DNA of 64,000 nucleotides from SAR202 cluster bacterium Io17-Chloro-G2 (GTDB lineage Bacteria; Chloroflexota; Dehalococcoidia; Lucifugimonadales; UBA3495): NCBI GenBank assembly GCA_002816875.1, contig MUCP01000016.1, positions 125 to 64,124 of the forward strand, read 5' to 3'. Shown piece by piece: positions 29,434 to 36,825 of this stretch (position 1 is its first letter; each line of letters starts with the position of its first letter). The notes under the pieces were generated by a model. It saw only the letters and a program-made list of their open reading frames with translations, ran no database searches and was not told where the DNA came from. The position numbers and the translations under genes were made by a program.

Positions 29434-29973
29434 TCAGCCGGTTTCCAAAACGGTGTGGCCGTTGGAACGGGGGCATAAGTGGCCGTCGGGATCGATGGGC
29501 TGGCCGCATAGGAAACATGCCGGGCGTCCCGCCGCGCAAATCCGCAGGGCGTCCTCCGCCAGGGTCTTTGCTTGAACCGTGGTGATCCAAAAGCTGATGG
29601 AAAGGGGCGATTCGGACCCGGCTTCCGCTTCAGGGTTTTCCCGCTCGAAAGCTGAGATGTAGAAAGTGTTGGTCTGCTTGTCGTGGCTGAGGCCCATCTC
29701 CCCCACTTTGAAGTCCACCTCCTCCCCTTCTCCAGTCCAGCTGCCGTCCCGGTGCTGGCTCTCCCGGCCCCTTTCCTCTTCGGTGAGGGATTCTACTGCA
29801 TCCCGCAGGTGGATGCCTAACTGATAGAGCTGCTCCTTTTCTAACCAGACAGTGCAGTGGGCGTTGCCGGCGTCCAGCGATAACCGGAAGGTTCGGCGGC
29901 CTGGCTCCCCTATGGACTCCGCTTCCAACCGGGAGAGAGACCCCATCGGATATTTTACCCGTTGCTCTTCCAC
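29434..29973 (-). CDS. DUF3090-family protein with a C-terminal three-Cys motif
   Basis: GEPGRRTFRL..., C-terminal CAAGRPACFLCGQPIDPDGHLCPRSNGH. It lies immediately upstream of the SCO1664-family gene. Confidence 0.7.
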   Translation of the reverse strand: MEEQRVKYPMGSLSRLEAESIGEPGRRTFRLSLDAGNAHCTVWLEKEQLYQLGIHLRDAVESLTEEERGRESQHRDGSWTGEGEEVDFKVGEMGLSHDKQTNTFYISAFERENPEAEAGSESPLSISFWITTVQAKTLAEDALRICAAGRPACFLCGQPIDPDGHLCPRSNGHTVLETG

Positions 29974-30100
29974 AGTACCTATGATAGTGCGGGGCTAGCT
30001 ATGTGGCAAGGTAAGTGCGGCAACGGGTTTTGACCAGAATAAGCGGGCAGATTAGCCCAACGCCATCGGCCGGCGGATTTGGCCGGCATCAACCTGCCGG

Positions 30101-30538
30101 TCATCGCCCAGCGATCTCCTCGAAGGGAGGCTCGGGCATCCCTTCCTGCCAGGTGGGGTCCCGCAGCTCCAATCTATTGCCGCTGGGATCAAAGAAATAG
30201 AGCTCTCGCCCGGTGAAAAATCCCTTGGCCCGGTAGGTAAGATGCTCGATGGGGACCTCCCGTTCCTGGAAGACCTTGCAGGCCTGTTCGAAGGTCTCCG
30301 CGCTCACGGTGAATGAATGATGGGCGTTGTGCTCGCCGTCGGACCCCTTATCAGCGGGACGGGTGCGCTGGCACAGCAGTATGTTGTGGTCGCCAACGTT
30401 GAAGCAAGACATGACCGAATTGCCCAGGCGCCCCAGGGCTTTTAAGCCCAGCAGATCGCCATAGAACTGTTCCGATTCTTCCAGATCGTCAACGGGGATC
30501 GACCAGTGAGTCACGCCTTCTATTTTCAATATGCCCAT
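30101..30538 (-). CDS. VOC-family protein
   Basis: GVTHWSIPVDDLEESEQFY...HHSFTV...FFDPSGNRLEL. Confidence 0.75.
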   Translation of the reverse strand: MGILKIEGVTHWSIPVDDLEESEQFYGDLLGLKALGRLGNSVMSCFNVGDHNILLCQRTRPADKGSDGEHNAHHSFTVSAETFEQACKVFQEREVPIEHLTYRAKGFFTGRELYFFDPSGNRLELRDPTWQEGMPEPPFEEIAGR

Positions 30539-30719
30539 ACTACCCTCCGTAACATAGTAGGCCGGGGATCACAAGACTATTTGAAGGTGGCCATCGGGGC
30601 GCAGATGCCACAATCCCGGCGGCATCTTCCGATAGACCTGGATGGTACCGGACCATATCGCGGATTCCCGTTGAACGCAAGCGCCATCCGCTGGTCTCGT
30701 GCCGGGCTCCTGCCTAGGT

Positions 30720-31490
30720 TCAGGATTTGGCGGCCATGAAAAACAGCCGTCGGAAGGGGAGCACGGTTTTAGCGTCGGCCTGTTGGGGATAGGCCTGGGC
30801 AATCCGGCTACGGTACATCTCCAGGAATGTTGCCGCTTCCGGTTCCTCTAATAGGTCCAAAAGAGGCCTCAGGATGCTGCCCTTGGTCCACTCCACCACC
30901 GGGTCTTGCCCTTCCAATATGTGGTAATAGGTGGTTTCCCACATGTCGATCGAGCTAGCCTGGCCGCTCAACAGGTCGTAGTATTTCTGGCCCTCCAGGA
31001 CGGGGAATTCCCTTAGATGGGGTTCCAAACGCCCGCGCCAAGGTCCGCCGCGCACCGTCTCAGCGATGAGCCGGTGGGTTGGCGCGCGCCAGTTGAGCGG
31101 CATCTGCACCGCCAAGATCCCGCCCGGGGCCAGCTTGCTCATCAGCCTGGGGAACAACGCGTGGTGGTCATCCAGCCAATGAAAGACGGCATTGGAGAAA
31201 ATCAGGTCAGCGGGAGCGGCAGGCTCCCAGACGTTCAAGTCGCTGTGCTGCCAGGAAACGTCGGCCTCCAGGGTGCGGGTCCTTTCCAGCATCGACTCCG
31301 ACGAATCGACTCCGGTGACCTGGGCGCCCGGCCACCTTTCTTTCAGGATGACGGTCCCCGACCCGGTACCGCAGCCCAGGTCGTAGATGACCCCCGGCGA
31401 CTCCAAAGGGATGCGCCCGATCAGATCTATCACCGGCTGCAACCGCTCGTTGCCGAATCTCAAGTATTGGCTGGGGTTCCAGCTCGTCAT
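30720..31490 (-). CDS. tam: Trans-aconitate 2-methyltransferase-like SAM-dependent methyltransferase
   Basis: WNPSQYLRFGNERLQPVIDLI...VYDLGCGTGSGT...SNAVFHWL. The ORF track begins 7 codons earlier. Confidence 0.8.
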   Translation of the reverse strand: MTSWNPSQYLRFGNERLQPVIDLIGRIPLESPGVIYDLGCGTGSGTVILKERWPGAQVTGVDSSESMLERTRTLEADVSWQHSDLNVWEPAAPADLIFSNAVFHWLDDHHALFPRLMSKLAPGGILAVQMPLNWRAPTHRLIAETVRGGPWRGRLEPHLREFPVLEGQKYYDLLSGQASSIDMWETTYYHILEGQDPVVEWTKGSILRPLLDLLEEPEAATFLEMYRSRIAQAYPQQADAKTVLPFRRLFFMAAKS

Positions 31491-31554
31491 AGGTAAACCC
31501 CTTGGGTACAATAATATGACAGGTTAACACTCAGCCGTACCGGCCGGCCAACTA

Positions 31555-31590
31555 GAGAAAAAGGGCCGCGGGGTGCTTCTCCGCGGCCCT
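31555..31590 (-). terminator. Intrinsic terminator after the repeat-protein gene
   Basis: Minus strand: AGGGCCGCGG-agaagcacc-CCGCGGCCCT followed by TTTTTCTC. Confidence 0.65.
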
Positions 31591-31885
31591 GTCATCTTCC
31601 GTGGTAGATCATTTTCGCTGCTTAGAACAAGTCATCCTCCGTCTCCGCCAAGATGAGCAGCCACTCTACGACCGAAACATCGCTTCCCGTGTCATGGGAT
31701 AAGAGTGCCTGCAGGACGCTGCCATTCGAGCCGGAGGGCGTCCGGTCAACCTGTGCGCCCGAGTATCCTACAGGCCCAACCAAACCGTCTTCCATCTCGG
31801 CTTGGAACATCAATTTCTGTTCCGCGGCTGATGGCGTGCCGTTGGTTTCCCTTGCGGGAACTCCAAGGGCGAATCCATCGTCGAT

Positions 31886-32146
31886 CTAGGCCTGGATTAG
31901 CAGTTGCTGCTCGGCAGACACATATCCGAAGAGATAAGCGCCGTCGTTTATCTCGGCCATGACCATGAGTTGTTGCTCGGAGGTCAGCACGGCGGGGACA
32001 TAGGCGCTATCGTCGATCTCGGCCATGACAACAAGGGCCATTTCGCTGGTGACGGGCCTGTTTGGAACGTCAGCAGATGCGTTGGATGGCAGGGCGATCG
32101 CCGTCATCAGCATGGCGCCCAAGGCCAACCCTGCAATCAATTTCAC
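31886..32146 (-). CDS. Secreted repeat protein (signal peptide plus EQQLxxMAEIDD-type repeats). The frame continues past an in-frame TAG to 31622.
   Basis: MKLIAGLALGAMLMTAIALPSNASA signal-like N-terminus, with repeats TSEMALVVMAEIDDSAY / TSEQQLMVMAEINDGAY / SAEQQLLIQA*IDDGF. Confidence 0.6.
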   Translation of the reverse strand: MKLIAGLALGAMLMTAIALPSNASADVPNRPVTSEMALVVMAEIDDSAYVPAVLTSEQQLMVMAEINDGAYLFGYVSAEQQLLIQA

Positions 32147-32617
32147 CGGGCTCTTTAGATTGTTCTATATGGATTTGTTGTTGGTCTTCATTTGGGGTTC
32201 CTCCTTAAGATGCATCCTTTCTTGACTTGCCGCGGTGACCGTGTCTTGGATTCCATCTATCGGTCCGTTCATTTTTGTCCCTCCGTCAGTTTTGGGGTCT
32301 CGATTTGGTGCGGTTACAACTTACCGGAGAGGGCTAGACCAGGACATCCGGTGATCGTCGTATTTTCCGCGAACGAATATATCTGCCCGTTATGAAACGG
32401 CATACGTAGAACGTACCTATAGCAGTGAGAGATCAGTTGGTGGAGGGTTGAGGACTACGTAACAATCTGATTATCGTGTCTAAAGAGGACAGGCAATACA
32501 ACCGCGAGGTTCACTTGCGGCAGCCGTGCTTTCGGTAATAAGGAGCAGACAGAAAACGGGGCGAGCAGGGCAGGGAAACGGGAACCGGTGAGCCTGACAA
32601 AGCCCGCTTGATATGGG

Positions 32618-33793
32618 CTAGACGAACCCTTGCCGGGAAGCGTAGGTGGCCGCCTCGGCCCGGTTGGCCGCGTTTATCTTGTTTAGGATACGGCTCACGT
32701 GGGCGGTGACCGTCCTGGGGCTGATGAACAATTCTTCGCCGATTTCGGGGTTGGTCTTGCCGGCGGCCACCAGCCGCAGAACCTCCACCTCTCGTTCGGT
32801 AAGACCACCGGGATAGCCGGAAACGTCAGTTAGTTGGCTGGGAACCTGCTGCTGCAGGGCAACGGCACGGTCAACGTCTTTTTTCGCATCGCAGCACTGA
32901 AATAGGGTCAATGCTTGGTCCAACAGCTCCAGACTACTTTCCCGGTCACCTGGGGCCGCCCCGTGGAGGCGCATGACGGCCCAGTCGTACATAGTGCGGG
33001 CCTGGTCGTACACCAAGCCATGCTGCCGGTTGATGTCCGCAGCCCGCTGGAAGGCAGCCTCGGCTTCAGGCCACCGCTCCTCTGCCGCCGAGGAGCCGTA
33101 GTGCTCCTCAAGGCGGCGGCCGTGCACCTTTTCTATGGCCTCGCCCGCCCTCAGATGGTACCGCCGCCGCCGAGCCGTGCCGGTATCCTGATACAAGACC
33201 TCGCGAACCTGGTTGCCGGCGAAGGCATACACCTCCTGGCCGATGCTCGAGCGCGGCACCAGCACGCGGGACTCCACCGCCCGGTCCATGGCGTCCACCA
33301 ACGCGTCTTCAGCGGCTTCGGTTACCTCTTGAAGGACAGGGAGAGTAAACTCCTGGCCGATGACCGAGGCCTTTGCCAGAATCAAACGGGTTTCCTGGTC
33401 CAGGAGCTCCAGCCGGTCTTCCACCACCAACTTGACCGTGTCGGGCATCTGCAGGGCCGATTCCAGGACATCCCAGACCTCTCCTTCCAGAGTCAGCGCT
33501 CCACGCTCCACCAGGTACCCTACCAACTCCTCGATATGAAAGGCGTTGCACTCGGTTTGCTCGAAGATCAGGTCCAAAAGGTGGCTGGAAGGGTTGTGGT
33601 TCAAGGCCTGGGTAATCAACTGGCTGACCTCGTCGCGGGTAAGGACGCTTAGGGGCAACGATAGGGCAAGCCGGTTCCGGTACATATCCAGCACCGGGCG
33701 GGAAAGCAGCGGTCTCTCTCGAAGTTCGGCGTCCCGGTAGGCGCCAATCAGCAGCAACGGGTTGTTTGGCGCTTGTTGGGCCAGGGCCTGCAA
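32618..33793 (-). CDS. LuxR-family regulator (LAL/MalT-type), 5'-truncated and lacking the ATPase domain
   Basis: C-terminal HTH LTEREVEVLRLVAAGKTNPEIGEELFISPRTVTAHVSRIL. The N-terminus begins mid-domain (NPLLLIGAYRDAELRE) at a TTG directly abutting a comM-like fragment. Confidence 0.7.
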   Translation of the reverse strand: MQALAQQAPNNPLLLIGAYRDAELRERPLLSRPVLDMYRNRLALSLPLSVLTRDEVSQLITQALNHNPSSHLLDLIFEQTECNAFHIEELVGYLVERGALTLEGEVWDVLESALQMPDTVKLVVEDRLELLDQETRLILAKASVIGQEFTLPVLQEVTEAAEDALVDAMDRAVESRVLVPRSSIGQEVYAFAGNQVREVLYQDTGTARRRRYHLRAGEAIEKVHGRRLEEHYGSSAAEERWPEAEAAFQRAADINRQHGLVYDQARTMYDWAVMRLHGAAPGDRESSLELLDQALTLFQCCDAKKDVDRAVALQQQVPSQLTDVSGYPGGLTEREVEVLRLVAAGKTNPEIGEELFISPRTVTAHVSRILNKINAANRAEAATYASRQGFV

Positions 33794-33895
33794 GGTACCG
33801 AGCCACCGACGAGGGAGAGCAGGTGCACTGCCTTATGGGAAGGGTGTTATAACCGCAAGGACCACCGTTCAGCGCCAATCCACAACAATCCCCAA
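33794..33895 (-). pseudogene. Internal fragment of a comM/yifB-like gene
   Basis: Encodes ...GPCGYNTLPIRQCTCSPSSVARY versus ComM ...CPCGYNTHPRRQCTCSPSSVSRY. It is about 80% nt identical by eye to 37235-37320. Confidence 0.7.
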
Positions 33896-33970
33896 AAGGA
33901 ACTTGTGAAGCCGTTTGTGCTTCCATTCAGCACGCCCATCCCGGCCAACCGGCGCTTTTCGGAGGGCCTA

Positions 33971-34281
33971 TAGGGAACGTCATGCAAGAGAAGGGCTTGA
34001 GACAGAAAGAATTAGCCAGGCCGACGGGTTTGGGGGAGACGACAAGACTCAACTAGGGAATGGCCCAATAGCTGCCAATGCGCTACAGACGGTACTGGCA
34101 ACTGTGTGGTGTGCTTGCAGTGGGTTATCTGGAAGGAATCGAAGAGCTCGCCTTGGACGTCGGAGGCCAGGGATTTGGTGGATTAGTGAGGAAGGCTCGA
34201 GTCATCCAGGGAATGAGACAGGAGGAGGCTGTCAAGTCAGCCGGCGGCGACCCCGCTGCACCCAAGCGGAGGGAGAACTGA
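33971..34281 (+). pseudogene. Decayed XRE-type HTH gene remnant
   Basis: MQEKGLRQKELARPTGLGETTRLN*GMAQ*..., then LVRKARVIQGMRQEEAVKSAG. HTH-like strings are interrupted by stops. Weak call. Confidence 0.3.
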
Positions 34282-34575
34282 TCCGGGGCTCCACCAAAGC
34301 GGATGCATGGGAAGTTCAAGAATATGTGCCAAGAAATCGGCACCGGTGAGTCTAGTGGAAATCCCGTTCTCACTCGCATAGATGGGGAGACAGAGGTGGG
34401 GTGCGATTCTCCCTCCTTGGAGACATTCGAATCTGTGACTGGAACGAAATGGCGTCGTTAGCGAGTTTTAGGCAGGAGCAGGTGAGGATACCTCCTACTG
34501 AAAGGGTTTTGATGGTGACAATTTAGGACTCAAGGCTGGAAACACTTGCGCTACATCTGGAGCCGCGTTCGGAGG

Positions 34576-35205
34576 TTAGCCCTCAACCAGTAGGAGCATT
34601 CGCACCGCCGACTTCAACCAAGCTTGGAACCGGTCATGCCCCCACCCACAGTTCACGACCATCTCCTTGTAGTTGAACGGGCTGACCATGGCCGTGAAGA
34701 TGTCGTTGGCAGCGGAGACACTTAGTCCGGGTCGCAGTACTCCGGCTGCTTCCCAAGCTTGGAATATGGTCGTTCTTCCGGCACGGCCCCTCGCCTTGCC
34801 TTCTTCAAGAACTGCGCCCAGCCCCGGCTCGGAGGAACTAGCCTGGAGAGCGGCCTGATAGACGTCAAGGTTTCGCTGGAAGAGCGTAAGGTCAAACTCA
34901 ATGATGAGATTCAGTTGCTGGTAGCGATCTTCGGCTGCGGCGTGCATCGCTTCGAGCAGTTCAAGAACCCCGGCCTCTGTGTCCATCGAGTCCACGATCG
35001 CCTCGATGATGGCCTTTTTGTTGCCGAACCTCGCGTACACAGTCGGCTCCGAGACACCGGCTTCTGCGGCTATCGCTTTGATCGAAGTCGTGGAGTAGCC
35101 GTTCTGCACGAATAGCTTGCGGGCCGCCCCGGCAATCTTCATGCGGGTAGCCTCTGCCAGTGAGAGGCGGTAATCGGACTCATAAATTCGCTTGCTGATT
35201 GACAT
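34576..35205 (-). CDS. TetR/AcrR-family transcriptional regulator
   Basis: AARKLFVQNGYSTTSIKAIAAEAGVSEPTVYARFGNKKAI. Confidence 0.9.
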   Translation of the reverse strand: MSISKRIYESDYRLSLAEATRMKIAGAARKLFVQNGYSTTSIKAIAAEAGVSEPTVYARFGNKKAIIEAIVDSMDTEAGVLELLEAMHAAAEDRYQQLNLIIEFDLTLFQRNLDVYQAALQASSSEPGLGAVLEEGKARGRAGRTTIFQAWEAAGVLRPGLSVSAANDIFTAMVSPFNYKEMVVNCGWGHDRFQAWLKSAVRMLLLVEG

Positions 35206-35255
35206 GGTTAGAGTACCACTGTATTTAATATATCATTACTTAAGGAGGTGCGGCC

Positions 35256-35948
35256 ATGTCTTATTCCAGGACTGCCGGTCTGGCGGGTGTTTTATTCGTG
35301 GTGCTCGTCGTAGGTTTCAATATCGCCCTGGGGAGCTCGTCGCCGCCAAACAACGACGCAGAGGCGATAGAAATAGCTGCCTATTATACGGCAAACGGTG
35401 GCCTGATGACCGTTCTCAGTGTCATCGCCCCCTTTGTCTGGGTCGCTCTGCTCGTATTTGGCTCCGGGGTTTTCGCGAAGGTCCGGGCATACGAAACTAC
35501 AAAGGGGGAGGCTTGGGCCTATGTCGGCCTGCTGGGTGTCCTCATGCAAAACGCGATCTTCGCAACAGTGGTGGCCACAGAAGTAACTCTCAACGCCGGC
35601 GCCGACTCCCTCGCGGCGAACGCGGCCCTCACCGAGACGATCTGGCGTTTCCAGCGGGCGATATTCACGCTGAACGGCACGAGTTTGGCATTGGCACTGA
35701 CCGGATTCTCGGTAGCGGCACTGGGGGCGGGCTTCATTCCAAAGTGGCATGCCTACCTCGGGCTTGCCGGCGCGGCGCTCCTTTTCGTTAGTGCGGCGAC
35801 GGTCATGCCTGTTGTGGAGGGCACCGGCGCTGTCTTCATTGGGCTACCCGGGTTCGTGCTGTGGCTGGTGTGGATTCTGGCGATGGGGGTCCGATTGATC
35901 CGGGAGCCTATCTCAACGGGCGGGGCAACCGCGGAAACGCCTGCCTAG
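35256..35948 (+). CDS. Integral membrane protein, divergent from the TetR gene
   Basis: Six or so hydrophobic segments. No family recognised. Confidence 0.6.
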   Translation: MSYSRTAGLAGVLFVVLVVGFNIALGSSSPPNNDAEAIEIAAYYTANGGLMTVLSVIAPFVWVALLVFGSGVFAKVRAYETTKGEAWAYVGLLGVLMQNAIFATVVATEVTLNAGADSLAANAALTETIWRFQRAIFTLNGTSLALALTGFSVAALGAGFIPKWHAYLGLAGAALLFVSAATVMPVVEGTGAVFIGLPGFVLWLVWILAMGVRLIREPISTGGATAETPA

Positions 35949-36066
35949 TGTTGGGACCTATTACGGCGAGGAGCGGAAAGTTCGGAAACGGAAGCCTTCC
36001 TCTAGTCGGGTTCCAGCCGTCGTCGCCCGCCGTCGTCGTTCTCACCAGCCGCAGAGTTCATTGGGA

Positions 36067-36339
36067 TCAGTAAGCAAGGCTACTCCTACCTGGCAAACCC
36101 CGCGACCGGTATTGCGGTGTCTCGGCCAGGTGGGTCACGTTGATATCGTCGGCGCCGTCCAAGCCTGCCGTGAGCCAAGCCGAATGGTCTGCGATGGTGC
36201 GCGAGACTTTGAGGATGCGGTGGAAGGCCCTGGCAGACAGGCCGAGCCTTTGGGTTGCCGCCTGGAGTAATCCCTTGGCGCTGTTGTCTAGGGGGCACGC
36301 CTTCCGATGGGCCGCGGTGACATCGCCAGGGCACAGGGG
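36067..36339 (-). pseudogene. Displaced, divergent copy of the comM 3' end (last ~85 codons, frame still open)
   Basis: ...CPLDNSAKGLLQAATQRLGLSARAFHRILKVSRTIADHSAWLTAGLDGADDINVTHLAE... is colinear with the ComM C-terminus. It has an 8-codon in-frame insertion and a TAA immediately upstream. Confidence 0.8.
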
Positions 36340-36361
36340 TTAGCAAAGGTTCAAGCCAGCT

Positions 36362-36589
36362 TTAGCTCGTACCTAGAGAAGGCTCAAATGCCAAATCCTT
36401 AAGCGTGAATGAGTGCAATTGCTCTTTACCTAAACGTTCACTGGCGTCCAATAACTCAAGGCCAACTATATGGCCTTGGCCGTCGACGTCTATGGTGACG
36501 CCCTCTTCGAAATCCACGCCGTGGGATGGCTTCACATCCCGAAGCTGAATATACAATGCGTCCGCATTCTGGTCGTAGGTGATAATCAA
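36362..36589 (-). CDS. DUF2283-family protein (putative antitoxin partner of DUF4258)
   Basis: (M)IITYDQNADALYIQLRD...GVTIDVDGQGHIVGLELLDAS. The TTG start overlaps the upstream stop. Confidence 0.75.
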   Translation of the reverse strand: MIITYDQNADALYIQLRDVKPSHGVDFEEGVTIDVDGQGHIVGLELLDASERLGKEQLHSFTLKDLAFEPSLGTS

Positions 36590-36825
36590 TGCTCCTCCTC
36601 TGGGTCATCTAAGAGGGTCACCGTTATTATCACATACCCTTGGCCCTCTTCCAGGAAGGTGACTCTCAGACGCCTCCCCCACACCAATCTTGTTCAGTTC
36701 ATGCGCCCTCTGACTGGAGGTTCTAGCGCATCGGGTGTGGCCATCACTTCGGACAGCTCATGAATCGAGACATCGTAGAGACTCATCCGCCTGCGGGCGT
36801 GCCGGGTCAAAACCAGAGGCTTCAT
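36586..36825 (-). pseudogene. DUF4258-like (toxin-like) gene with an in-frame TGA at 36694-36696
   Basis: MKPLVLTRHARRRMSLYDVSIHELSEVMATPDALEPPVRGRMN*TRLVWGRRLRVTFLEEGQGYVIITVTLLDDPEEEH*. Its ATG overlaps the comM stop (ATGA). Confidence 0.65.

Noticed and set aside
33309-33926. 205-aa minus-strand ORF spanning the LuxR 5' region.
   Set aside because: It is a chimeric reading frame. Its first ~45 codons are the comM-like fragment, and the rest is an out-of-frame read through the LuxR gene.
36086-36346. 86-aa ORF from the track at the comM-fragment locus.
   Set aside because: This is the wrong frame. The frame homologous to ComM is the one at 36067-36339, reported as a pseudogene fragment.
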